The notes under the pieces: model-generated
Databases searched by the model: none
The model's input: only the letters and a program-made list of their open reading frames with translations
What the model was told of the DNA's origin: nothing
Part shown: piece after piece, positions 16,888 through 25,977 of the stretch
How the letters are laid out: each line of letters begins with the position of its first letter
Numbering within the stretch: position 1 is the stretch's first letter
Program-made: the position numbers and the translations under genes
From: Nitrospirota bacterium
GTDB lineage: Bacteria > Nitrospirota > Nitrospiria > Nitrospirales > Nitrospiraceae
NCBI GenBank assembly: GCA_028876065.1
Contig: JAGWTI010000004.1
Span: forward strand, 3,547-67,546
Reading direction: 5' to 3'
Length of the DNA: 64,000 nucleotides

Positions 16888-19800
16888 TTACGGCTTGCCC
16901 GCAAACCGTCTATAGAGCGTCGGTATGACGAAGAGCGTGAGTAAGGTGGATGTCATGAGCCCTCCGATCACCACCGTCGCCAACGGGCGTTGCACTTCCG
17001 CGCCCATGCTGTTGGCCAGCGCCATGGGAAGAAAGCCCAGGCTGGCGACCATCGCCGTCATGAGAACCGGGCGCAGACGGTCCATCGTGCCTTGTGTCAC
17101 GGCCTGTTCGATGGGCAGCCCGTCGGCCTCGAGCCGGCGGATGTGGCTGACCAGGACCACGCCGTTGAGGACCGCGATCCCGAACAAGGCGATGAATCCG
17201 ATGGCGGCGGAGATACTGAGCGGGAGCCCGCGGAGCCAGAGAGCCAGGACTCCACCAGACAGGGCCAGCGGCACGTTCAGGAAAATCAGCAGCGCGGGCC
17301 GCAGGGAGCCGAAGGTGACCGACAAGATCCCCACAATCATCAGGAGCGTAGCCGGGACCACGACGGCCAGTCGGCGCGACGCGTCCTGCAAGTGCGCGAA
17401 TTGACCGCCCCACTTGAGTTCGTACCCGATCGGCATCGAGACCGATTCGGCCACCGTTCGCTGCGCCTCCGCCATGAAGCTGCCCAGATCGCGTCCCCGG
17501 ATGTTGCATTCCACGATCGTGCGGCGCTGGACATCTTGCCGGCTCACTTGGGCCGGCCCGGAGGTCACCAGGATCGTCGCCACGCGCGACAGGGGCACCA
17601 GTTCGCCATGCACGGTCGGGATCAGGAGGTTGCCCAAGGCGCCTGGGTCGGCCGACGCCTCTTCGGCTAAGCGGACGACCAGCTCGAACCGTCGGTGCTC
17701 CTGCACCACCGTGCCCACGACGCGGCCCACGCGGGTCACCTGGACCAGATCGAGGACTTCCCCCGCCGTCAAACCATACCGGGCGATCTGATCCCGGTCC
17801 ACGATGACGCGGATCAGGGGCAGGCCGGCGATCTGCTCGACCTTGATGTCCGCCGCGCCTGGGACCCGCTCCAGCGCGCGAGCCACCGCCTCGGCCTTCT
17901 GCTTGAGCACCGCGAAGTCCGGCCCGAAGATCTTGATGGCCAGGTCCGAGCGCGTGCCCGCGATCAATTCGTTGAACCGCATCTCGATCGGTTGCGTAAA
18001 GCCGAGCCCCACACCGGGGACTTCGTTCATGACCGCCGACTGCATGGCGATAATGAGCCCTTCCCGCGTCCGCGCGGTCGTCCAATCCCGGCGGGGCTTC
18101 AGGGTCACGAAGGTATCCGACATCTCCACGCCCATCACATCCGTCGCGACTTCGGGACTGCCGGTTCTCGTGACGATCTGGGTCACCTCCGGGAAGCGAC
18201 GAAGGACCCGCTCCACCTGAAGGGCCGTCGAGACGGATTCGCTGAGCGAGACGCTGGGGAGACGCCATATCTGGATGGCCAGGTCCCCTTCATCCAGCCG
18301 GGGCACAAACTCGATGCCGAGCGTCGTGCCGATGCCGAGACTGGTCAGGAACAGCCCGATGGCCAAGCCGGAGACCCGGTTGGGACGTGTCATCGCCCAG
18401 TGGAGGCATGGGACATAGGCCCGCCGAAGAAGGGCGGTGACCCGTGTTTCCTCCTCGGCCTTCGTGGGGCGGGCGAACCAGAAGGCGAGGACCGGCGTGA
18501 CGGTGACCGCAAGCAGGAGGGAACCGACCAAGGCGAAGATCACGGTCACGGCCATCGGGCGAAACATCTTCCCCTCGATCCCCGTGAGCGTCAGAATCGG
18601 GAGGTACACGAGGACGATGATCCCGACCGCAAAGCCGACCGGGCGCAACACCTCACGGCCCGCCGCGTGAATCGTCGCCAGCTTCTCCTCGGGCGACGCA
18701 GGCCCTTGCCGGGACAGGCGTCGCAGGATGTTGTCGATCATCACGACCGATCCATCCACCAACAGTCCGAAGTCGATGGCGCCGAGACTCATCAGATTCC
18801 CGGAAAGTCCGACCTGGACCATCCCGGTGAAGGCGATGAGCATCGACAGCGGGATGGCCGACGCGACGATCAAGCCGGCGCGGAGATCCCCCAGGAACAA
18901 GAAGAGGACCGCGACGACCAGCAGCCCTCCTTCGAAGAGATTGTTCCGAACGGTTCGAATCACGTTCGAGACGAGCAGGGTCCGGTCATAGTAGGGGACG
19001 ATGACCACGCCGGGCGGGAGCGTGGTCTGGATTTCCCGGACTCTGGCCTTGACGCGCTCGACCACCTGCTGCGCATTCTCCCCGGCGAGCATCTGCACCA
19101 TGCCGATAATCGTCTCGCCCTGTCCCATGGCCGTCGCCGCGCCGATCCGAAGGGCGGGGGCCTCGGTGACTTCGGCCACATCCTTGACGAAGATCGGCAC
19201 CCCGCCGGGCCCATGGTCCACCACGATCCGGACCAAGTCCGCCGTCCGCGTCGCCAACGCTTCCCCCCTGATGAGCAATTGCTCGCGCTGATGTTCGATG
19301 TACCCGCCGCCCACCATCGCGTTGTTCCGTTCCAACGCCTCGAAGACCTGTCGCAGCGACAACCGGTAGGCCAGGAGTTTGGCGGGATCGACGAGGACCT
19401 GGTACTGCTGCGTCTCGCCTCCCCAGATGTTGACCTCGACGACACCGGGAACCGCCCGCAGTCGCATCCCGATGTCCCACTCGAGGAGGGTCCGCAAGGC
19501 CATGGCGCTGTACCCTTCGCCTCGGAGGGTGAACTGGTAGACCTCGCCCAATCCGGTCGTCAGCGGTCCCATGATCGGGCGGCCGTATTCCGGCGGAATG
19601 CGTTCAACGGCTCGGCCGAGGCGTTCGCTCACCAGTTGCCTGGCCCGATAGATGTCCATGTCGTCGCCGAAGATCGCGGTCACCGCCGACAGGCCGTAGC
19701 GCGAAACCGAGCGCGTCTCCCGGAGACCGGGGAGCCCGCTCAGCGAGGCTTCGATCGGGAACGTCACGAACTGTTCGACTTCGACCGGGCCCAGAGCCGG

Positions 19801-19956
19801 CGCGCGGGTGAGAATCTGGACCTGCACCGGCGTCAAGTCCGGCATGGCATCGATGGCGAGATGGGTCATCGACCACAGCCCGATCGTGACGGCCATGAGC
19901 ATCGCGACGAGCGTGAAGAAGCGGTAGCGGAGCGAGAGGGTCAGCACGCGATCCAT
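16888..19956 (-). CDS. czcA: Heavy-metal efflux RND transporter, CusA/CzcA family (1022 aa)
   Basis: Full-length 12-TM RND protein. The TM4 signature 'GAIDFGLLVDGSVVMIDN' is the DFG..DG..(V/I)(E/D)N type of divalent-cation HME pumps. ATG verified at 19956. Confidence 0.9.
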   Translation of the reverse strand: MDRVLTLSLRYRFFTLVAMLMAVTIGLWSMTHLAIDAMPDLTPVQVQILTRAPALGPVEVEQFVTFPIEASLSGLPGLRETRSVSRYGLSAVTAIFGDDMDIYRARQLVSERLGRAVERIPPEYGRPIMGPLTTGLGEVYQFTLRGEGYSAMALRTLLEWDIGMRLRAVPGVVEVNIWGGETQQYQVLVDPAKLLAYRLSLRQVFEALERNNAMVGGGYIEHQREQLLIRGEALATRTADLVRIVVDHGPGGVPIFVKDVAEVTEAPALRIGAATAMGQGETIIGMVQMLAGENAQQVVERVKARVREIQTTLPPGVVIVPYYDRTLLVSNVIRTVRNNLFEGGLLVVAVLFLFLGDLRAGLIVASAIPLSMLIAFTGMVQVGLSGNLMSLGAIDFGLLVDGSVVMIDNILRRLSRQGPASPEEKLATIHAAGREVLRPVGFAVGIIVLVYLPILTLTGIEGKMFRPMAVTVIFALVGSLLLAVTVTPVLAFWFARPTKAEEETRVTALLRRAYVPCLHWAMTRPNRVSGLAIGLFLTSLGIGTTLGIEFVPRLDEGDLAIQIWRLPSVSLSESVSTALQVERVLRRFPEVTQIVTRTGSPEVATDVMGVEMSDTFVTLKPRRDWTTARTREGLIIAMQSAVMNEVPGVGLGFTQPIEMRFNELIAGTRSDLAIKIFGPDFAVLKQKAEAVARALERVPGAADIKVEQIAGLPLIRVIVDRDQIARYGLTAGEVLDLVQVTRVGRVVGTVVQEHRRFELVVRLAEEASADPGALGNLLIPTVHGELVPLSRVATILVTSGPAQVSRQDVQRRTIVECNIRGRDLGSFMAEAQRTVAESVSMPIGYELKWGGQFAHLQDASRRLAVVVPATLLMIVGILSVTFGSLRPALLIFLNVPLALSGGVLALWLRGLPLSISAAIGFIALFGIAVLNGVVLVSHIRRLEADGLPIEQAVTQGTMDRLRPVLMTAMVASLGFLPMALANSMGAEVQRPLATVVIGGLMTSTLLTLFVIPTLYRRFAGKP

Positions 19957-19957
19957 C

Positions 19958-21163
19958 TCACCCTCCCTCGCCCGACTGGATGCGCTCTTTCAGCAGCACG
20001 TTCTTGAGGTCGAAGACGCCGTCGGTGACGACCCGGTCCCCGGCGGTCAGGCCGCTTCTGATTTCGACCCATCCCTCTCCTTCACGACCCACCTCGACCG
20101 GCGCGAAGAGGTAGCCGGCGTCACGCTGGGTGAAGACCCCGCGGGTCTGATCGAGCAACGTCACGGCCGCCGCCGGCACGGCCAGCGTGGGGGAGGCGGT
20201 CACGGCCAGCCGGACCTCCACATATTCCTGCGGCTTGAGACGTCCGTCCTGGTTGGCCACTTCGAACCGCACACGGACCGTCCGTGTCTTCTCGTCGGCG
20301 AGGGGCGAGATGTAGGTGAGGGGCGCGGTGAGCGGCGCGGCGCCTTTGGGCACGATCATGGCGTTGTCGCCCGCGTTGAACCGGCGCGCCTGTTCGATCG
20401 TCAGGCTGGCGAAGATCCACACGTGGCTCGTATCGACGATCTCGAACAGTTCGATGCCCGACGACACCCCTTGCCCGAGCACGATGTGTTGCGCCACCAC
20501 GGTGCCGGCGATCGGCGACTTAATGGTATAGCGATGTCCTTCGACATGCTGGTCCCGCTCCAACTGCTGCAGCTCTCCCGCGGTCATCCCCATGTTCAGC
20601 AGCTTTTCACGGGCATGTTGATAGCGGGCCTTGGTTTCGAGATGACGGCCGCGCTCTTCCACCAGCCGCCGTTCCGTGATGATCTGCTCGGTCCACAATT
20701 TCTGTGCCCGCTGGAAACTGTTTGCGGCCACGTCGGCTTGCGCTTTGGACACGAGATACTCTTGGACCAGTTCGTCCAGCTTCGGCCCTCCGATCGCGAC
20801 GAGCGGCTGCCCGCTGCGGACGTGGTCGCCCAGTTGCACGTGGACCTGCTCCACTTGGCCTTCGATTCGGGAGGTGACTTTTGCGACTTGCTTGAGGTCG
20901 AGGGCCACCTCGCCCGGTGCGGCGACCATCTCGGGAATCGGGCGCATGGCGGCAGCCTCCGTCCGTATCCGGCCGTGAATCGCCGGAGGAGCCTGGATCA
21001 GATGCGGACCCGAATGTCCCGGTCGGGCCGCATGGGGGGGAGCCGTCGCCGGCTCGCCGCTCTGGTTCCCGCAGCCGATCAGCAAGAGGGCCGCCGCCAA
21101 GGCGATCCATCCTCTCCGTGCAATCCGACCGTCGTTCGCGGCGCTCCTGTTGGGCGGGTTCAT
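19958..21163 (-). CDS. czcB: Efflux RND periplasmic adaptor (MFP), CzcB-like lipoprotein (401 aa)
   Basis: The ATG at 21163..21161 overlaps the czcC stop as ATGA. Lipobox 'LLIGC'. Typical barrel-sandwich/hairpin motifs ('V.SRIEG.V..V.V..GD.V..GQPL'). The ORF-track extension to 22102 is rejected. Confidence 0.9.
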   Translation of the reverse strand: MNPPNRSAANDGRIARRGWIALAAALLLIGCGNQSGEPATAPPHAARPGHSGPHLIQAPPAIHGRIRTEAAAMRPIPEMVAAPGEVALDLKQVAKVTSRIEGQVEQVHVQLGDHVRSGQPLVAIGGPKLDELVQEYLVSKAQADVAANSFQRAQKLWTEQIITERRLVEERGRHLETKARYQHAREKLLNMGMTAGELQQLERDQHVEGHRYTIKSPIAGTVVAQHIVLGQGVSSGIELFEIVDTSHVWIFASLTIEQARRFNAGDNAMIVPKGAAPLTAPLTYISPLADEKTRTVRVRFEVANQDGRLKPQEYVEVRLAVTASPTLAVPAAAVTLLDQTRGVFTQRDAGYLFAPVEVGREGEGWVEIRSGLTAGDRVVTDGVFDLKNVLLKERIQSGEGG

Positions 21164-22449
21164 AGGCGTCCCCCCGTGGCGCGTTCCAGCCGGGCCAGCG
21201 CGACCGAGAGTTCGTAGCGCGCCTGCGCATAGTCGAGCTGGATCTGTCGGTAGACCCGCTGCGCGTCCAGCAGGTCCAGCAAATTGGCCGCTCCTTGTTG
21301 AAAACTGAACTGGGCGATCCGAAGGGTCTCCTGCGCCTGTTTGAGGAGCTCCTTCTCGAAGAGATCGATCTGCTCGGCCGCCGTCTGTGCGTCCTGGAAG
21401 TCCTGTTGGATCGCGCGGCCCAGCTCGTTTCGGGTACGGAGCAACTCGGCCTCCACTCGATGCTTCGCCCCCATGGCGGTCGCCACTTCTCCTTGCCGCT
21501 GATACCAGAAGGGGATCGGGAGGCTCACGCCGCCCCCGAAGGCTTCCCGTCCGATCTCCCGCCAGTAGCCGCCATTCACCGTGAGGTCCGGCACCCTGGA
21601 CTGCCGTTCCCGTTCGACGGTGTGGTCGGCTTGCTCCACCGATGACCGTTGGCGTCTGAGGGTCGGATGCCGTTCGAAAGCCAGCGTCGTCAATGCGCCT
21701 GCGTCCATACCCTGCCGGAAGGTCTCGAAGTCCCCTCTGACGGCGAAAGTCCGGCCGAGTGCGCCGGCTGTGACCGTATCCAGCCCGACCCGCGCCACGC
21801 GTATCGCGTTGCGGGAGCGACTCAGGGCCTGATTGGCTTTCATCGCCTCCACATTGGCTTTCATCGCTTCGAACGGCGTGGCGTCTCCGGCGGCCACCCG
21901 GCTCTTGACGATCCGCAAGACGTCCTTCGCCATGGCGAGGTTCTGCTCCGCGGTCTCGGACTGCCGCTGCGCCAGGAGCAACTGGTAGAAGGCCAATTTG
22001 ACGTCGGCGATCAGGGTGAGGCGCGCTTCCTCCACGCCGGCGCCGGCGCCGGCCACCCCGGCCTCCGCGGCGCGCTGCCGGGCGGCGCGCTTGGCCGGCC
22101 ATTCGATCGGCTGGCCGACCGTAACGTTGTATTCGGTGATCGACCGGATCGTGTCGGGATCGTTGCCGATCCCCGCGCGCCCTGTATCCCGCAACAACCC
22201 GCGCCCGCTATAGCCGCCCACGTTGGGGTTGGGGTAGGCACCCGCAGCCATCTGTTGCCCATGGCTCTGCTCCATGACGCTCATGGCCCCCGCGATGGCA
22301 GGGTGGCGTTCCAGGGCCAGGTCGATCACGGCGTCGAGGGTGTAGGAAGGAGGGCCGGGCTCGCCCGCATACGCTTCCGCCATGAGTCCGAAGGCGGTGG
22401 CGGCTGACACGCCAAGCCACACGAGAGGTTTCAACCGTTGGTATGACAT
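21160..22449 (-). CDS. czcC: TolC-family outer membrane efflux protein, CzcC-like (429 aa)
   Basis: ATG at 22449 with a GAGGA SD. Signal peptide '..AATAFGLMAEAYA'. OEP repeats are present. Confidence 0.85.
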   Translation of the reverse strand: MSYQRLKPLVWLGVSAATAFGLMAEAYAGEPGPPSYTLDAVIDLALERHPAIAGAMSVMEQSHGQQMAAGAYPNPNVGGYSGRGLLRDTGRAGIGNDPDTIRSITEYNVTVGQPIEWPAKRAARQRAAEAGVAGAGAGVEEARLTLIADVKLAFYQLLLAQRQSETAEQNLAMAKDVLRIVKSRVAAGDATPFEAMKANVEAMKANQALSRSRNAIRVARVGLDTVTAGALGRTFAVRGDFETFRQGMDAGALTTLAFERHPTLRRQRSSVEQADHTVERERQSRVPDLTVNGGYWREIGREAFGGGVSLPIPFWYQRQGEVATAMGAKHRVEAELLRTRNELGRAIQQDFQDAQTAAEQIDLFEKELLKQAQETLRIAQFSFQQGAANLLDLLDAQRVYRQIQLDYAQARYELSVALARLERATGGRL

Positions 22450-22566
22450 TGCGTTCCTCACGTAGAGAGCCGCCGCGCGGGAGCGGACGGACGACGCCGT
22501 CCTGCTCGCGGGCCGCCTGCGATCCACAAGAAAGGCTTGTGCTAATTCAGGAAGCGTGAAGTTGTG

Positions 22567-23013
22567 CTAGGCGAGCAAGCAGGGCGGTGCACGCGACGAA
22601 CGGTTGGCCAGCAAGAGAACCGATTGAGGAGAGTCCCGGAACGGATCGGAGCGGGCTGAGCCGCTCGGTCGCGGCAACGGGGGCGGTGTGGCCGAGGCCA
22701 AGGTGTCCGCGAACGCCGCTTTCCCGAGATAACGATCCCCGGAGACAGCCAGGGAAAATCCGATCTCAGGGTGGCCCAGGTCATGTGCCACGTGGCTGAT
22801 GGCGGCGATGGTCGCAGCCGAGGCATGGTGCGTTGCGTATTCACAGGGGAGGTCGGAGGAAAACACCGTATGGGCGACGCCGCCGTGGGTGTGCCCTGCG
22901 TCACCGTGACGGTGATCCGTTTCGGGATGAACGTGGACGAGCGGGACGACAACCATCCACAGCATCGCCCACAAGAGGACTGCTTTTCGCAAGATGAGCG
23001 CTCTGTTCAGCAT
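22567..23013 (-). CDS. His-rich membrane-anchored hypothetical protein (148 aa), possible metal-binding accessory of the czc operon
   Basis: ATG at 23013. An N-terminal TM helix is followed by 'HVHPETDHRHGDAGHTHGGVAH...HHAS...HVAHDLGH'. The perfect palindrome GGCAATATTGCC (23026..23037) lies 13 nt upstream. Confidence 0.5.
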   Translation of the reverse strand: MLNRALILRKAVLLWAMLWMVVVPLVHVHPETDHRHGDAGHTHGGVAHTVFSSDLPCEYATHHASAATIAAISHVAHDLGHPEIGFSLAVSGDRYLGKAAFADTLASATPPPLPRPSGSARSDPFRDSPQSVLLLANRSSRAPPCLLA

Positions 23014-23110
23014 CAACGACGCGAGGGCAATATTGCCTTGAATCAAAAGTAGACTAACACAGCGCTTCCCATGGGGCAACCGCGTCGGGAGTTTCTCCCT
23101 GCAACGGCCG

Positions 23111-24550
23111 TCAAAACTCCCGGAAGCCGCTTCCCGTCGAATAGGAAACGGCCACAGTGCTGGCTTTGTAAGCATAGTTGGAGTCGGCGAGCCGGACTTC
23201 CGCGACGACGAGATCGGTGGTAGCCGTCGTCACGTCGACGATCGAGGAGAGTCCTGCACGGTAACGTTCCCTGGCCAGTGTGAGCGCTTCCCGCGCAGCG
23301 GTCACTTCCTGCTCAGCCACCGTGATCTGCTGCTTGGCGGTCTGAAGGGTCAGATAGGATTCCGTTACCTCCAGCACCACCCGGTTGGCCAGATCAGTCT
23401 TCTTTTGTTCTTCCTTGTATTTTTGCTGTCGAGCCTCTGCTACGCGGTTCTCGATCAGGAAGCCGGTGAAGAGGGGGACGGAGAGCGTGGCGGCCGCTCC
23501 CCACCAGGCCTGGGAAAAACCGGGCGTTGCGCCGGGGTCTTGGTTGGTCGGCGCGTCGCTGAAATGGATGACGCCGCCCATGCCGGCCGCGGAGATGGTC
23601 GGCAGGTAGAGGGCTTGGGCCGATTTGAGCTGCGCTTCAGCCGAGCGGATGCGATCTGCGCTGCCCAGCAGCTCGGGTCGTTGTGAGAGCCCTAGCTGGG
23701 TCAGGGACTCCAGTGTGTCGATCGAGGAGAGAAGGACCGGGACATCTTCGAGCGTGTAGTCCGCGGGTCCACGTACGCCCATGGCGTTGTTCAGGGCGGC
23801 GAAGGAGGCGTGGAGATTGCTTTTCACCTGGACCAGCAAGACCTCAGCGTTCCGTAACTCCACGGAAATCAAATCCAGATCCAGTTTGGATTTTAACTGG
23901 TGTGCGTAGAGGGTGGCCACTTGGTCGCGGATCTTGCCGCGTTCCCGCACGGTCTCTTGCGCGATTTGCAATAGACGCTTGTGTTTGAGGCAACTCAGGT
24001 AAGCCTGCTGCACGGTCAGGATCACGAGGGCCTTGTGGGTGAGGATGTTTTTCTCGGCCGCCGCCGTGGTGGCCATCTCAGCCAGGACCTTGTTGGCGGT
24101 CTGACCGAAATCGTAGATCAACTGATTCGCAATCACACCTGCGTTCTGGATGTAGGATGTCGGGTGGTTCTGGGCGCCGGCAATGTTGAATGCGCTGAGC
24201 GGACGGATGTTGCCGCCGGTCTGAATCGCATAGGCGTCGATTTGCGGATAGTACTTGGCCTTGGCTTGTTGCGTCACCGCGTCGGCCGCCATGGCAGTTT
24301 CCTGGGATTTTTTTAAGATGGGGTGCTGCTCGATGCCGATCTGGATCGCGGTCTTATAGCCGAGGAAGGCGCCGGCTGCCTTTGGCGGCGTTGATGGTGC
24401 TTGCCCTGTTGCCCGGCTTTCCGAGGCAATGGTCTTTGTCGGTGGACCGGGGGCTTGCCCAGCCGACTCGCCCGTTGTTCCGACCGTGAGACAGACAACG
24501 AGCAGGCATCGCCACAGCGTTTGAGGCAGACGGAAGAAGGCCGGCATCAT
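23111..24550 (-). CDS. TolC-family outer membrane factor, paralog 3 of 3 (about 479 aa)
   Basis: ATG at 24550 or 24547, 4 nt after the stop of paralog 2. It has a signal peptide and shares blocks with the other two paralogs ('KALVILTVQQAYLSCL', 'HQLKSKLDLDL', 'FAALNNAMG'). Confidence 0.9.
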   Translation of the reverse strand: MMPAFFRLPQTLWRCLLVVCLTVGTTGESAGQAPGPPTKTIASESRATGQAPSTPPKAAGAFLGYKTAIQIGIEQHPILKKSQETAMAADAVTQQAKAKYYPQIDAYAIQTGGNIRPLSAFNIAGAQNHPTSYIQNAGVIANQLIYDFGQTANKVLAEMATTAAAEKNILTHKALVILTVQQAYLSCLKHKRLLQIAQETVRERGKIRDQVATLYAHQLKSKLDLDLISVELRNAEVLLVQVKSNLHASFAALNNAMGVRGPADYTLEDVPVLLSSIDTLESLTQLGLSQRPELLGSADRIRSAEAQLKSAQALYLPTISAAGMGGVIHFSDAPTNQDPGATPGFSQAWWGAAATLSVPLFTGFLIENRVAEARQQKYKEEQKKTDLANRVVLEVTESYLTLQTAKQQITVAEQEVTAAREALTLARERYRAGLSSIVDVTTATTDLVVAEVRLADSNYAYKASTVAVSYSTGSGFREF

Positions 24551-24554
24551 TGAG

Positions 24555-25937
24555 TCAGTAGCGACCATATTCGGCTCCCGTGGCGTAGGCGAGAGCGGAA
24601 TTGCCGGCCAGGTACCCGTACTGAGCCTCGGCCAGGCCGGTCTCCGCATTCAACAGGTCGACGGTTGCCGTGGTCACATCCAGGATGGTAGACAGGCTTG
24701 CCTTATACCGTTCGCGTGCCAGCAGCAGCGCTTCACGTGCATGCGCGACCCGCTCTTGCGCCACTTTAATTTGTTGCTCGGCGGTGAGCCGGTTCAGATA
24801 GGCTTTAGCCACCTCCAAGACTACGTCGTTGGCAATGACCCGCGTCGTGGCCTGGGCGACTCCCTTATTTGCTTCGGCCTGCTCGACCTCAGCCTCAATG
24901 CGGAAGCCGGTAAACAGCGGGGTTGTGGAGGAGAAACCCGCGCCCCACCAGCCAAGCTGTGAGCCAGGGTTGTTCGGGTTGCCGTTTGCGCTGACGACTT
25001 CCTGGCGGGCCCACCACCCGTATCCGGACGCGCCGACTCCGGTGATACTGCCGTAATTCAATGCACGGGCTGCCTTCAGCGCTTCCTCCGCTGCCTGGGT
25101 GCGGTCCTTGCTGCCGAGCAGCTCCGGCCGCCGGTCGAGGGCGTCCCGGAACAGCGGCTCGATCGGCGGCGCAGAAGATACCGTTGGCTGGATTTCATCC
25201 AGGATGTACTGTATCGGCCCTTGCCGGCCCATCGCCGCGTTCAGGGCGGCAAAGGCGGCTACTAGGTCGTTCTTGGCCTTGATGAAATCCAGTTCGGCCT
25301 TGGCTGTCTCGACGGTGGCCAAGTCCAAATCCAGTTTGGAGCGGAGCTTGTGCCGGTACATGGATTCGGCCTGTTCCCGGATCAGCCGACGCTCCGCCAG
25401 AGTCTCCTTTGTAATCGCCAAAATTCTCTGTTGTTTGAGGCAGGCAAGGTAGGCCTGCTCCACGTTTAAAATCACCAAGGCTTTGCTCGTGAGCACTAGT
25501 TTCTCGGCTGAGGCGGTGCGCGATTTATTCGCGAGAAGTTTGTGGGCTGTCTGCCCAAAGTCGGTGATCAGGAGCTCTACACGTACTCCTGGATCGGTCA
25601 AATAGTTCGTGGGCTTGGGCAACGATCCGGAGATGCCCAGATTGGAGAGCACCCGTGTATTGCCGAGCGAGTTGGCTACAATGCCGCTGACTTGGGGATA
25701 ATCCACGGCGGCAATCTGTTTGCCCACGGCCTCTGTTTCGAATACGCCGTGCTGAGCCGCCTGGATCAAAGGGTGCTGCTTGACGCCGTTCTTGATCGCA
25801 TCCTCCCAGGTGAGCTTGGCCGCAGTTGGTCCTGTCGGTTCTGCGCCAGCCGTTGCCGGTGCCTGAGCATGAGCGACGGGTGCTTCGTTCCACAGCAGGA
25901 GAGCCAGCCACAAGGCTATCATAATGGGTTGTCGCAT
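24555..25937 (-). CDS. TolC-family outer membrane factor, paralog 2 of 3 (460 aa)
   Basis: ATG at 25937, 40 nt after the stop of paralog 1. Signal peptide '..WNEAPVAHA'. Shared blocks 'KALVILNVEQAYLACL', 'HKLRSKLDLDL', 'FAALNAAMG'. Confidence 0.9.
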   Translation of the reverse strand: MRQPIMIALWLALLLWNEAPVAHAQAPATAGAEPTGPTAAKLTWEDAIKNGVKQHPLIQAAQHGVFETEAVGKQIAAVDYPQVSGIVANSLGNTRVLSNLGISGSLPKPTNYLTDPGVRVELLITDFGQTAHKLLANKSRTASAEKLVLTSKALVILNVEQAYLACLKQQRILAITKETLAERRLIREQAESMYRHKLRSKLDLDLATVETAKAELDFIKAKNDLVAAFAALNAAMGRQGPIQYILDEIQPTVSSAPPIEPLFRDALDRRPELLGSKDRTQAAEEALKAARALNYGSITGVGASGYGWWARQEVVSANGNPNNPGSQLGWWGAGFSSTTPLFTGFRIEAEVEQAEANKGVAQATTRVIANDVVLEVAKAYLNRLTAEQQIKVAQERVAHAREALLLARERYKASLSTILDVTTATVDLLNAETGLAEAQYGYLAGNSALAYATGAEYGRY

Positions 25938-25977
25938 GAAGGGCCTGCTCCTCTCAATGGGGCGATGGAGATCGGGG

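Noticed and set aside
17695-20007. 770 aa + strand ORF opposite czcA. Similar long shadow ORFs occur at 8292..10487, 3604..4938, 40779..42434, 52730..54022, 42672..44129, 33997..35031 and 62809..63900.
   Set aside because: All are antisense to well-supported genes and have skewed Arg/Gly/Asp/His composition. None has a ribosome-binding site or domain signature. They are treated as GC-driven open frames.
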